Made by a program: the position numbers and the translations under genes. A DNA stretch of 64,000 nt, taken from positions 51,182 to 115,181 of IMG/VR virus record IMGVR_UViG_3300014043_000503; one strand, given 5' to 3'. This document shows positions 28,976 through 38,944 of the stretch, in pieces. The notes under the pieces were generated by a model, which did not search any database, was not told where the DNA came from, and worked only from the letters and a program-made list of their open reading frames with translations. Origin of the DNA: a virus. Taxonomy: Duplodnaviria; Caudoviricetes. The stretch's first letter is position 1. Each line of letters begins with the position of its first letter.

Positions 28976-29965
28976 TTACCTGAATGCTTTCCTTATTTCC
29001 TTATTAATTGTCCTGTCCTTTATTGTCGTATATACCTGGGTTGTATTGATTGATGTGTGACCTAAGATAGAGGCAATGACAGGCATATTCACACCCTTCA
29101 GCAACAACAGCGTAGCCAAAGTATGTCTTGCACAATGGAAGCTGATGTGTTTTTTTATTCCTATCCTGTTTGTTATCCGCTCAAGTATGATGTTCGTCCT
29201 GGCATTGGACGGTAATCGGAACAGTCTGCCTCGCCCTACATCTTCGGTCATGCCAATAGCCTTGCCTCCGAACATTCTTGATATCGGCACCCTGACTTCC
29301 CTATCCGTCTTCTTCATTCTTATCACCAGCCATTTGTGACGATATAGTGACTTGATATTTGACCGTTGGACGCGCTGGATATCTGAGAAACGCAAGCCCG
29401 TATAGACCGAGAACAGGAAGCCCCTCGCCACTTCCTTCTCGTCGCCGTCCAGCCTGTCAACGGAATTTTCAATCTTCTTTATCTCGCCCTCAGTCAACGT
29501 GTTCTTTTTCGTCTGTTCCTGATGTATGTGGTATTTCCTGAATGGGTTCGTCAGCATGATATCATTGTCGATGGCGAGGTTGACGTAGCGCTTGAAGATT
29601 TTCATGAACTTGGCTAACGTATTTGCTGCATATCCCAGCGATTTCACATAGCTGTCAAATTCAAGGATAAACTCATAGGTAATGTCGCTGAAGGTAAAGT
29701 TATATCGGAATCCTCTCAGCACGTCCAGCGTATTCTGATGATTGCATATCGTTCCCTTTGAAAGCCTGAGAGCGTGTATCTGTTGCTGCATCCATTCAGG
29801 AAATGAACGGTTATCCCTTACTGCAAGATGTTCGGGGTTATCAGCCAGCAGGTTAATACCCCCCACCCTTTTCGTATAATATTTGTCGTTAACCTGGATC
29901 TGGATGAGCGCGTTGGTGCCTGAAAGCTTTGCGGCAATGTCGTTGATGATTGATGATATGTCCAT
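28976..29965 (-). CDS. Tyrosine recombinase (shufflon invertase)
   Basis: SAM-like domain, GLRFSD, HCARH, LGH, TQVY catalytic motifs; adjacent to the inversion sites. Confidence 0.9.
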   Translation of the reverse strand: MDISSIINDIAAKLSGTNALIQIQVNDKYYTKRVGGINLLADNPEHLAVRDNRSFPEWMQQQIHALRLSKGTICNHQNTLDVLRGFRYNFTFSDITYEFILEFDSYVKSLGYAANTLAKFMKIFKRYVNLAIDNDIMLTNPFRKYHIHQEQTKKNTLTEGEIKKIENSVDRLDGDEKEVARGFLFSVYTGLRFSDIQRVQRSNIKSLYRHKWLVIRMKKTDREVRVPISRMFGGKAIGMTEDVGRGRLFRLPSNARTNIILERITNRIGIKKHISFHCARHTLATLLLLKGVNMPVIASILGHTSINTTQVYTTIKDRTINKEIRKAFR

Positions 29966-30112
29966 GATGTCTGATGTTTTTGATGTTAATGAAGCGCAAA
30001 TAAAGCGATAATATCCCTATTCAGACCATTTCATTAACCATTTTTACCATGAATTTTCAAAATCATAATCCCGCAAGCCAAAAAAGACTATTATAGTACA
30101 AAACGAAATCGA

Positions 30113-30730
30113 ATGGTTATCGAAGGGAATCACATCATTGCCGACGAGGGGAAAGTCCTCAGGAGAAAATCTGACAAGCGGGTGTTCAACAGGGAACTCT
30201 GGCTTGGGAAGGCTTTCTACGTCAACGGCAAGAAACTCGCCGAGCCGGTGGATGAGAAGCCGTCAGACTATGAGGACGTTGAGGAGGCCGCTGCCATAGC
30301 CGAATATGACAAGATGATTGCCATGAGGAAGGCGAAGATAGAGATGATAACGGCCTACGACCTTTCCTCTGCCGTCAACGGATTCACGTTCAACGGTATC
30401 AGGATGTGGCTCGACAAGGCCACGAGGATGAGCCTGAGGAACAGCGTGGAGATCACGAAGGCAGCCGGTGGGACATCATACGCATTCTGGTGGGACATGG
30501 ACAAGTACGAGATTGAGTGCGACCTGTTCCTTGAGATGCTTTCAGCCCTTGAGATATACGCCATCAACTGCTATGCCACCACCGAGAGGCACAAGTCTGA
30601 GGTCAATTCCCTCTGCGACCTGATGGACATCGAGGTATATGACATAACGGTGGGTTATCCCCCGCAACCAGTATTCAAGAATGACAATAAAGTACGCATA
30701 CAGGAGAATCAGGAGAAGGTGGAAGAGTAG
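30113..30730 (+). CDS. DUF4376-like tail fibre assembly protein
   Basis: AYDLSSAVNGF..WLDKATR..LEIYA..CY..T..H..YD..GYP pattern. Confidence 0.6.
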   Translation: MVIEGNHIIADEGKVLRRKSDKRVFNRELWLGKAFYVNGKKLAEPVDEKPSDYEDVEEAAAIAEYDKMIAMRKAKIEMITAYDLSSAVNGFTFNGIRMWLDKATRMSLRNSVEITKAAGGTSYAFWWDMDKYEIECDLFLEMLSALEIYAINCYATTERHKSEVNSLCDLMDIEVYDITVGYPPQPVFKNDNKVRIQENQEKVEE

Positions 30731-30956
30731 GATGCCCATCTTCTTTCGCTGGCTTTCGATGGCTGCAGCCGGAGTATCGGCCGTGGCCCTTGCCGTCAAT
30801 ACGTCCATGACTGAAGGCGGCGCTGAGATTCCCGCATGGTGGTCGGCGATATACCCATACCTCATAGGCATAGGGGCTGGCATAGTGGCCACCAGCAAAT
30901 TCACGATGGTACACAAGAACAACAGGAACAATGAGCTGGATCACGGAGAGCCATAG
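30681..30956 (+). CDS. Small two-TM protein (holin-like)
   Basis: Basic N-terminus and two hydrophobic helices. Confidence 0.55.
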   Translation: MTIKYAYRRIRRRWKSRMPIFFRWLSMAAAGVSAVALAVNTSMTEGGAEIPAWWSAIYPYLIGIGAGIVATSKFTMVHKNNRNNELDHGEP

Positions 30957-31170
30957 GTATCTGCATTTGATAGGAGGGGTCATCATAGGTCTCCTCTCGC
31001 TGGGTTCATGGTACACGGCATTGGTAAGCGGTGTCGGTATCGCATCGGCCCTTGAGTTCAAGGACGTGGACTGGAAGGGGAGCTGGGACTGGGTTGACTG
31101 GATCTTGACAATAGCCGGAACCGCGATAGGTTTTGGCACAGTATTCACCATAAAAACGTTTTTAATATGA
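30931..31170 (+). CDS. Small membrane protein
   Basis: HLIGG, EFKD, WDWVD..TIAG; several hydrophobic segments. Confidence 0.6.
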   Translation: MSWITESHRYLHLIGGVIIGLLSLGSWYTALVSGVGIASALEFKDVDWKGSWDWVDWILTIAGTAIGFGTVFTIKTFLI

Positions 31171-31409
31171 AGGATTTGATTAACTGGATCTATGCCATCA
31201 TAGGCATTGTCCTTGCGGTTGGTTCTGCATTGAATGAGGGTATCGGCACCGGAGCATGGGCTGGAGTGGCCTATGCGCTTGCCTTCGGAATCATCATCGG
31301 ATTCGGGGAGAAGCTGATGCGCCAGATTTCATGGAAGACCGTCGGCCTGCGTTGCGCCTTCTGCGTTGCAGCCGCCATCGTAGCCGCCATCGCATGTACG
31401 TTCATCTGA
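31167..31409 (+). CDS. Small three-TM membrane protein
   Basis: Three hydrophobic segments, ATGA coupling. Confidence 0.6.
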   Translation: MKDLINWIYAIIGIVLAVGSALNEGIGTGAWAGVAYALAFGIIIGFGEKLMRQISWKTVGLRCAFCVAAAIVAAIACTFI

Positions 31410-31431
31410 ACTTGCTACGCTTCTTGTGTCG

Positions 31432-31465
31432 CCGGGACATGGTTTCATACCGTGCCCCGGTTTTT
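31432..31465 (+). terminator. Rho-independent terminator
   Basis: CCGGGACATGG...CCGTGCCCCGG plus TTTTT. Confidence 0.65.
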
Positions 31466-31511
31466 AATGCCATGAGACAAAAATAACTATTATATAAAAA
31501 ATTCAGACAGG

Positions 31512-32402
31512 ATGCCAGTATATACCGTAAGGACAGGTGAGAATATCTATGACGTTGCCGTAAACCTATATGGCAGCATAGAGGGTATATTCGACCTCCT
31601 TGTTTCCAACCAGGAAGCCATCAACGGCTCTCCCCTGACAATGGACACGGAACTGAAGAGCGGCATGAAGCTCAGCTACCATGAGGATTTCATCATCAAT
31701 CAGGGCATAAGGAAATGGCTTGCGGACAATGGTGAGATCGTGAGGAACGGAGACCACAGGTACGGCCATCAGGATACGCTCGAAGCCGTCACTGAGTTTA
31801 TCGGTAAGCATAATGCGGGGCTTGTGGAGAGGGCGATCCAGCAATGGCCCTCGGTATATGACGGAAAGAATTTCCTTGAAAACCCTGACGTGGAGGAGGA
31901 AGAGGCTTTCTACAGGTACATGCACGCCTTCTATATCGGCTCAGGCGCATCCGAAATCGAGGTTGCAACAAACAACTACATATACGTGGTACATGGCGAC
32001 GGCATCCTGGAAAGCTATATCCCATCCTATGACGAGATAAAGGAATGGGAGAAATCCATCGTCTCGCCAAGACTCATCATCAAGCAAATCGGTGAGCTGT
32101 GCAGCCTTACCACGAGGATCAGGTTCAACACCATCCTTGGGATAGACTGGGGCGACAACACACCCTATGAGTTCTACGGCTACAGCCAGCAGCCCATTAC
32201 GGTTGAGCATAACTTTGACGGTGCAGGCAGCCATGAGGTAAGGCTGTTCGGAAACTTCCAGCTCTACGGCCTTGACCTTACCGGGGCAAGCGGCAGGCAC
32301 TACCCTCTCGACTCTATCACAATCATAGGAGGCGAAGTACATTCGCTCTATGAATCCGAAAGCGACATCAACACCCTATTCATCTTTACTGAAGAGACAT
32401 AA
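31512..32402 (+). CDS. LysM-domain baseplate protein (gpX-like)
   Basis: YTVRTGENIYDVAVNLYGSIEGIFDLLVSN. Confidence 0.7.
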   Translation: MPVYTVRTGENIYDVAVNLYGSIEGIFDLLVSNQEAINGSPLTMDTELKSGMKLSYHEDFIINQGIRKWLADNGEIVRNGDHRYGHQDTLEAVTEFIGKHNAGLVERAIQQWPSVYDGKNFLENPDVEEEEAFYRYMHAFYIGSGASEIEVATNNYIYVVHGDGILESYIPSYDEIKEWEKSIVSPRLIIKQIGELCSLTTRIRFNTILGIDWGDNTPYEFYGYSQQPITVEHNFDGAGSHEVRLFGNFQLYGLDLTGASGRHYPLDSITIIGGEVHSLYESESDINTLFIFTEET

Positions 32403-33343
32403 TGAGCAGATCAATAAGCCAGATATACGCCGAGGCTCTGGCGACGAGGAACAGCTACCTCCAGATTACAGACCTCGACAGCGGCAGGACGTCAAGCAAG
32501 ATGTCCATCATGAACCTCCTGACGTATGTGATGGCCTCATTGATTTACACCTATGAGACCATACTCGACTACTTTGAAGTCAACATCGCACAGCTCCTGT
32601 CAGCGAGGATCAACGGTACGCCCGAATACTACGTTGCCATGTCGAAGCTGTTCCAGTTCAACTCAAACACCGAGACGGGCGACCAGCTTATCTTCGATGA
32701 GGAGACGCTGAAGCTGAGGTATGCGACCGTCAACGCGGACAACAGGATCATCTCACAGGCGGCATACGACAACTACAACCCCAACGACTCGACCGAGGGA
32801 ATCTACCTGAAGGTATGCCGCAACAACACCTCACAGGACGAGATAGACATGGGAACCCCATACAGCCCGCTCACGAACGCACAGCTGACGGCCTTCAGGT
32901 CTTATATCAGCTCCATCAAGTTCCTCGGGGCCAAGATATACCCCATATCAGTACCGGGCGACATCCTCACCATCACGTCGTGCGAGGTCATCTACAACGA
33001 CCTGTACATCACCGAGGAACAGGCTTTCAACAACGTGAGGAACGCGCTCGTTTCATACCTCGGAAACCTTGCCTATAACGGATATGTGTATTACCAGGCC
33101 ATCATAGATGCCATCCAGAATGCGGAGTACATCGTCAGCGTATCGGCAGGGGCCATTATAAATATCCTGAAGTACAACCCGTCAACGAACTCATACGAAG
33201 GCGAGGCTGTCCAGCTTTCCAACAGGTCGAAAGCCTATGCCGGATATGCCAAATGGATCGACCAGAACGGAGATTCGACCATCATCCACGCGGCCACGTC
33301 AGAAGAGACCGGAATAACATTCGTGCCAAATTCCAGAACATAA
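32402..33343 (+). CDS. Baseplate wedge protein (gpJ-like)
   Basis: MSRSISQIY, GTPEYY, LTNAQLTAFRSYI..IKFLG, IIDAIQ motifs; position in the cluster. Confidence 0.6.
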   Translation: MSRSISQIYAEALATRNSYLQITDLDSGRTSSKMSIMNLLTYVMASLIYTYETILDYFEVNIAQLLSARINGTPEYYVAMSKLFQFNSNTETGDQLIFDEETLKLRYATVNADNRIISQAAYDNYNPNDSTEGIYLKVCRNNTSQDEIDMGTPYSPLTNAQLTAFRSYISSIKFLGAKIYPISVPGDILTITSCEVIYNDLYITEEQAFNNVRNALVSYLGNLAYNGYVYYQAIIDAIQNAEYIVSVSAGAIINILKYNPSTNSYEGEAVQLSNRSKAYAGYAKWIDQNGDSTIIHAATSEETGITFVPNSRT

Positions 33344-33346
33344 GAC

Positions 33347-33925
33347 ATGATACTGAGTCCTGAGAAATACCAGATAGACAACGCGAGGGCCATATGCAGG
33401 CTACTTCCGTTCTGGATAAGGGGGAGGAGGATGATCCTCTTCCTCGAAGCTGTCTCGCACCCCTTGAAGAAGGTTCACGACGCATTCAAGGAATGGGCAT
33501 ACGAAAGGCTGATAGACGCTACGATAACCTCACAGCAGATATCCCTCGTATGGTTCCTGAATCACAGGCTGAGGAAATACTTCATCAACCAGGGCGACTC
33601 ATTCAGGATCACCTCGGACGCATTCTCGGAGGGTGAGATCGTCTATAATTTCTCAGAGAACTTCCTTACAGGGAACCATTACGCCTATGACTACGGGGAG
33701 GAGGTGGAGCCTGCTACCGAGAACATGCTCCTGAAGAACTTCAACGAGGGCGTGACCTACAACGCCGACATCATCATCATAGCCCCGGACATAGTTGAGA
33801 CTGAGGAATACGGTAAGGAGAACTACAAGAACGAGATAAGGAGGTACATAGACTCCTACATTACCGTTCCAGACAAATACGAAGTATTAACCATAAGCGA
33901 CATAGACAGTAATGAAGGAATATAA
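33347..33925 (+). CDS. Baseplate wedge protein (gpI-like)
   Basis: LLPFWIR, TSQQISLVWFLN; follows the J-like gene. Confidence 0.55.
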   Translation: MILSPEKYQIDNARAICRLLPFWIRGRRMILFLEAVSHPLKKVHDAFKEWAYERLIDATITSQQISLVWFLNHRLRKYFINQGDSFRITSDAFSEGEIVYNFSENFLTGNHYAYDYGEEVEPATENMLLKNFNEGVTYNADIIIIAPDIVETEEYGKENYKNEIRRYIDSYITVPDKYEVLTISDIDSNEGI

Positions 33926-34886
33926 AAGCAAGGAAGGTGGAAGACACCTGTTCAACGACGATATCCACAACCTGCAGGAACTTGCGCTCTCCGTCACTGA
34001 GATGTTCAGGAACTCAGGGCAGAAATTCGTCATCAACGGCTGTAACGTAACCGTGGCCAACAGCGCACAGGGAACCGTCATAACCGTAAGCGAGGGCTAT
34101 GTATGGCTCGGAAACAAGATCAGGAAGGTTGAGCAGCGCGTCATGACCAACGTCACCTTCCCGATATATATCCGCTCCGTAAAGGAAGAGGGGCCGCAGC
34201 TGACCTATGCCAACAACACGACAGGAAGCGGCTCTGAGGAATACACAAACTACAAGGCAGCCGTGATGACCAATACCGAGACGGCCCCTGCGGATTCCGA
34301 CTCGATCCAGAGCGACAGCGCGAACAGCAACCAGTTCCCGTCTCTCAGGAGCGCCTTCTTCAACCAATACTCGCTTATCAAGAGCACGAACACCGAGCAG
34401 AAGGTGTCATCGCCCACGAGGTTTGAGGGAACCATGTACATGACGACGCCGTACATAGTCAATCCCACTAACCCCCAGCAGTCGGCGAGGATGACGGTTG
34501 ACACGAGCGGAAACCTCACCATCCTGCTCGGCTCTGCAACGAACGCCTACAGGCTCGTCTTTGAGAAGGCAAGCGGAAATCTCTCGCTCAGGAACAGCGC
34601 GAACAACATCATCTGGAGGATAGGAACCGGCACCATCATATCGAGCGGCCTCAACCTACAGGTTACGCCCATTGCCGTCTCAGCCGTCCCCACCGCGACC
34701 ACGCTCAAGTATGAGGACGAGAACGGCAACCAGCAGAACTTCAGGCAAGGCATGATGGCCATGTACGGGAGCGGGGCTGAGACACAGTTCTACATACTGA
34801 GGGGTATCGTAAACGGACAGGCCCAGTGGTCAAGGATGACTACCGAGGACGATCCCGACTATGAAGCCTACATGGTTCACAAATAA
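33912..34886 (+). CDS. Proximal tail fibre protein
   Basis: GGRHLFNDDIHNLQE, VINGC, EGYVWLGN N-terminal anchor pattern. Confidence 0.55.
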   Translation: MKEYKSKEGGRHLFNDDIHNLQELALSVTEMFRNSGQKFVINGCNVTVANSAQGTVITVSEGYVWLGNKIRKVEQRVMTNVTFPIYIRSVKEEGPQLTYANNTTGSGSEEYTNYKAAVMTNTETAPADSDSIQSDSANSNQFPSLRSAFFNQYSLIKSTNTEQKVSSPTRFEGTMYMTTPYIVNPTNPQQSARMTVDTSGNLTILLGSATNAYRLVFEKASGNLSLRNSANNIIWRIGTGTIISSGLNLQVTPIAVSAVPTATTLKYEDENGNQQNFRQGMMAMYGSGAETQFYILRGIVNGQAQWSRMTTEDDPDYEAYMVHK

Positions 34887-34901
34887 ACTGGAGGACTGGA
34901 A

Positions 34902-35168
34902 ATGTACAAAGCGAATTTCGACCTTACAACCGAGAACAATACCGGCCAGAGGCATGACACGCTCCTTAACCGGCAGTTCAACATACCGACCTTCGAGGAG
35001 GCTCCGAATGAAGAGACCTCATCATACACCGACGTTGACGGCACTACCGTTGAGTTCCATATAGGTGATGAGGTGAGGGTCGTTCAGCCACTCTCAACGA
35101 CGGGCTACGTCTTCTACAAGCTGTATGACATAGGCTCCGGGGTCTATAACTGGATTCAAATCGGATAG
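34902..35168 (+). CDS. Small fibre-associated protein made of one shared module
   Basis: Homologous to the N-terminus of the next gene (FxIGxxVRV...GYxFxKLYDI). Confidence 0.65.
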   Translation: MYKANFDLTTENNTGQRHDTLLNRQFNIPTFEEAPNEETSSYTDVDGTTVEFHIGDEVRVVQPLSTTGYVFYKLYDIGSGVYNWIQIG

Positions 35169-35170
35169 CG

Positions 35171-37066
35171 ATGGCACACAAGGGAAACATAAATGGAACG
35201 AGGAAAGACCTTCTCCTGCAAAGGAGGTGGACGGTTCCCACATTGCCTTCAGCCCCCACTACTAGCACGTGGGCATGGAATGACAATGGCTATATCGTCA
35301 GCTTCAGGATAGGCGAACAGGTAAGGGTTGCCGATGAAAGCCAGGAATCGGGATATCAGTTCTGGAAGCTCTACGACATCAAGGCCAACGGCGACAGGAT
35401 ATGGGCGCCCATCAATTCGTGTGCCGTGTCCATACATGTGTTCAGGGTCATCGAGAACGATTGCGGAACGGGGCAGTCCATCAAGGGGGTTGCAAGGATA
35501 ACCATCACCAGCCCTGATGATGACAGGGATCTCAACTTCACATGGAACGGACAGGACGTGTCGTACTACCTGAAGAAGAATGCGAGATACACATGCACGC
35601 CCGGAGCAGCCGGCGACTATACCATCCCAGGCTCATTCTCCTTTACCACAAGCAATGCAGACCCGCTGAAGGTCATCCATGAAATCACCTACAACTTCAG
35701 GTCTGAGAACGTGGAGGTGATGGTGACGAAGGCAAATGACACGGATATAGAGGCGGTTCCCGTAAGCATCGTATCACAGGGCAGCGTGCTTGCTACGAAA
35801 TCAATAAATACCGTATCGTCAGCCTATACGCTGCTCGGCGACGTACTGTTCAACAAGAGCTATTACCTGCTCGTGGGAGGCTCCACGTTCTGCTGGTCTG
35901 GAACCCTGTTCTCATCATTCAGGACTACCGAGAGGACGGCAAGCGCAAACACCTACAGGATTAGCCTGCCGTTCACCGACGAGCGCATTGACGTCATCAT
36001 AAAGCACACGACATCGAACGGGGAGGTGTTTTTTGACCCTGAGGACGTTGAGGACTACAAGGACACGGACATCTATATCCAGACCCTTGCGACGAAAAAC
36101 TCACAATACGAGGGCAATGCCACGAACGAGGACATAGTGACGGACAGCAAAAGCGCGCCGTACAGGAACAGGATCACGCCCATATCCTCCGATCCGAGGA
36201 ATACTGCGTCGATACAATACAGGATCGCGAAATACCTGCTCCCGGGAAACTACGTGATAGTGGGCTCCTCTACATTCCGTATCAGATCGGCCACCAAGGA
36301 TTTCCTGTATTCGGATTTCTACCAGCTCCAGTCTCCCGTCACGAAGCAGCTGACCGAGAACGATAACATCATAGAGTTCCAGTGGAACCTCATATATACA
36401 TTCCTTATCGTCGAAAGCAGTGACTCGCGCACGCCATCCATCAACGTCAGGAAGACAAGCTCTGGAACGTCGATGAACGTGTCAAAGACCCCTGAAAATC
36501 GCATCGCGTCATTCGGCATGATACCCGTTCCTGGCGACTACTCAATCTCATTTGCCGACATCCCATACACATACAAGGGCGTTGACACATTCCTCAGTTG
36601 TAGTGACATAGACATAAGCCCGAGCAAGCGCAGCTCAAAGAAATATCGCGTAAGTGGCGACGAATATTCATATTGGCACCACTATACCTATGACTACACA
36701 TTCACTGCAGAAGGAAAGGATGTCACAATATATGTAACAATTACGCCGGATGAATTTGGCGAATCGCTTCCGTATGGAACTATTTTAGATGTTGACTCAA
36801 GCAGGCTTAATAGGCACATGGGGCAATTTCAAATAAAATATACCAATGGAAGCGGAACCTATAATGAATATTGTGATATGTATATAAAAGATTTTTCTTC
36901 TGATAACACCTGTACTTTACAAAAAACATTGGAGGGACGTATATCTACATTACCAGTAAACGTAATAGGTGTATCAATGTCAATCGGAGTAAGCTATACA
37001 ATCGGTGGAACGCAAACAGATGAAAACGGAGAAAGATATCTTAGAACTATAAGAGCAACAACTTAA
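35171..37066 (+). CDS. Beta-rich fibre/spike protein
   Basis: 631 aa, S/T/Y-rich, shared N-terminal module, AT-rich 3' end. Confidence 0.6.
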   Translation: MAHKGNINGTRKDLLLQRRWTVPTLPSAPTTSTWAWNDNGYIVSFRIGEQVRVADESQESGYQFWKLYDIKANGDRIWAPINSCAVSIHVFRVIENDCGTGQSIKGVARITITSPDDDRDLNFTWNGQDVSYYLKKNARYTCTPGAAGDYTIPGSFSFTTSNADPLKVIHEITYNFRSENVEVMVTKANDTDIEAVPVSIVSQGSVLATKSINTVSSAYTLLGDVLFNKSYYLLVGGSTFCWSGTLFSSFRTTERTASANTYRISLPFTDERIDVIIKHTTSNGEVFFDPEDVEDYKDTDIYIQTLATKNSQYEGNATNEDIVTDSKSAPYRNRITPISSDPRNTASIQYRIAKYLLPGNYVIVGSSTFRIRSATKDFLYSDFYQLQSPVTKQLTENDNIIEFQWNLIYTFLIVESSDSRTPSINVRKTSSGTSMNVSKTPENRIASFGMIPVPGDYSISFADIPYTYKGVDTFLSCSDIDISPSKRSSKKYRVSGDEYSYWHHYTYDYTFTAEGKDVTIYVTITPDEFGESLPYGTILDVDSSRLNRHMGQFQIKYTNGSGTYNEYCDMYIKDFSSDNTCTLQKTLEGRISTLPVNVIGVSMSIGVSYTIGGTQTDENGERYLRTIRATT

Positions 37067-37080
37067 AAAGCAAATAGACA

Positions 37081-37305
37081 ATGAAAGTAATCAGATTCGG
37101 AAATGACTACGTTCAGCAGCAGATAGCAGCGGGCAACGTAAAGGCCGCAAGGCAGAGTATCGTAAACATCGAGGACTATGGTAGAGTACAACCTGAGGAA
37201 GCCAAGGTCGTTGAGCCAGTTGTCGAAGGAGGAAAGGTCGATGGCGGTGAGAAGACCACAAAGGCCGAAGCAAAGAAAAAAGGAAAGGACAAGGGCAAAG
37301 CCTAA
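37081..37305 (+). CDS. Hypothetical protein
   Basis: 74-aa ORF with A-rich leader. Confidence 0.5.
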   Translation: MKVIRFGNDYVQQQIAAGNVKAARQSIVNIEDYGRVQPEEAKVVEPVVEGGKVDGGEKTTKAEAKKKGKDKGKA

Positions 37306-37594
37306 GAGGGCGAGCCTTGCAGAGACACCGGTAGGTTACCTTATCCAGCACGTATGCCCCGTGGAATGGAGCATGCTGGAGATGCTTATGGAGCAGAGGG
37401 TGAGGATAACCCCTGCATTCATCGACCAGTTTACGAGGAAGTCTGACAATCCTTTCTTCACGACGAGGGAGTTCAGGGAAGCCATGGCCGACTTCAGGAA
37501 GCACGGCTTCAGGACACCAAAGAAGAAAGGGTTTAACCTTGACGCCGAGATAAAGTACATCATCGAGCGCATGAACCAGAGAAAAACGGGCTGA
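37241..37594 (+). CDS. Hypothetical basic protein
   Basis: Likely ATG at 37241; phage-like codon usage; hairpin CGGGCTGA...TCAGCCCG follows. Confidence 0.55.
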   Translation: MAVRRPQRPKQRKKERTRAKPKRASLAETPVGYLIQHVCPVEWSMLEMLMEQRVRITPAFIDQFTRKSDNPFFTTREFREAMADFRKHGFRTPKKKGFNLDAEIKYIIERMNQRKTG

Positions 37595-37627
37595 CAGTCA
37601 AATGAACTGTTCAGCCCGCCATCTTAT

Positions 37628-38933
37628 GAACTTCAAGCGAAAATCCCTATCCTTCAGGTATTGGTAAAAGCCTACAAAGTTAATTAATTGTAAACCAATA
37701 CAATACACCGTTTTAACTGTTTTTATATATAATATCCAATATTATCCTTGTTATTATTTTACCTAATTATTATCTTTGCACCATGATTACGTACAAATAT
37801 AAATTATATCGCACCAAAAACACGAAACATCTGGATAAGATGCTTTGCGAAGCTTGTTTTGTATGGAATCATGCTTTGGCCTTGCAGAAGCGGTACTACT
37901 GCCTGTATCACAAATACATCGGCATCGGTAAGATAAAAGCCCACTTTGCCAAGCGGATTCATCGTAACCTTCTACATAGCCAAACCACACAGGAAATTCT
38001 TGAACGCCTCGATACCGCCTATCAGCGTTTCTTTGAGCGACTGGCCAAGCGTCCACCGAAGTTCCGCAAGGCGAAGGATTTCACATCCATCGTGTTTAAA
38101 CAGGGCGGCTATTCCCTGAATGGCAACGTCATAACGGTGAATACCATCAAGAAACGCTTCAAGTTCTCATTAAGCCGTCCGTATGCCGGAAAGGTTAAGA
38201 CCCTCACCGTCAAACGCAATCCGCTGGGAGAATATTTCATCGCCATGGTGCTTGACAAAGACCCTGTCGCCATCCGAAAGACACATAATGGTGCATCGGT
38301 AGGCATCGACTTCGGCTTGAAGACATACATGACAATGAGCGACGGAACAAAGGTTAAAAATCCTCAGTTCCTGAAGACCACTCTCCCCAAGGTACAGCGT
38401 GCCTCTCGCAATCTTTCAAAGAGCGCATCGCACAGTCATCATCGCAAGAACCGACGGATGGAGCTTGACCGTATCCATGAGCGTATCGTGAACAAACGGA
38501 CTGATTTCCAGTGGAAACTATGCCATAAACTGTGTCGTCAGTATGACCACATCTACATCGAAGATCTCCAGTTGAAGGGTATGACAGCCCTCTGGGGCAG
38601 AAAGATGAATGATCTCGCACACGGAGCTTTCATCAACAGACTGGAGTATGTGGCTACCAAGTACGGTGTAACCGTCCATAAGATTGACCGCTGGTATCCC
38701 TCATCAAAGACGTGTACGTGCGGATATGTCAACAAGCAGCTTCAATTGAAGGATAGATATTGGACTTGCCCTGAGTGTGGCGCAGTCCATGACCGTGACC
38801 TTCTCGCTGCCCAGAATATTCTTCGGCAGGGCATTGCCGAATTGGAGAGCACCAGTAAGACACCTTCCGCAAGGAGGGCGCATGTGCGCCTGCATCCAAG
38901 AATCTCACGTATTCATGCGTGAGAGTATGTCAT
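37628..38933 (+). mobile_element. IS200/IS605-family element carrying tnpB only (IS1341-like)
   Basis: Right end GAAT-CTCACG..CGTGAG-AGTATGTCAT resembles an IS608-type end; putative left end after TTAT (37624-37627) with a degenerate hairpin. Confidence 0.65.
37783..38922 (+). CDS. tnpB: TnpB RNA-guided nuclease
   Basis: GIDFG, IEDL, CTC/CPEC Zn ribbon, DRDLLAA. Confidence 0.93.
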   Translation: MITYKYKLYRTKNTKHLDKMLCEACFVWNHALALQKRYYCLYHKYIGIGKIKAHFAKRIHRNLLHSQTTQEILERLDTAYQRFFERLAKRPPKFRKAKDFTSIVFKQGGYSLNGNVITVNTIKKRFKFSLSRPYAGKVKTLTVKRNPLGEYFIAMVLDKDPVAIRKTHNGASVGIDFGLKTYMTMSDGTKVKNPQFLKTTLPKVQRASRNLSKSASHSHHRKNRRMELDRIHERIVNKRTDFQWKLCHKLCRQYDHIYIEDLQLKGMTALWGRKMNDLAHGAFINRLEYVATKYGVTVHKIDRWYPSSKTCTCGYVNKQLQLKDRYWTCPECGAVHDRDLLAAQNILRQGIAELESTSKTPSARRAHVRLHPRISRIHA

Positions 38934-38944
38934 GAAACGGCAAA

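Noticed and set aside
28976-29965. Recombinase as a prophage integrase
   Set aside because: It abuts the inversion sites in the middle of the structural module, phage genes lie on both sides, and no att site or host genes are visible.
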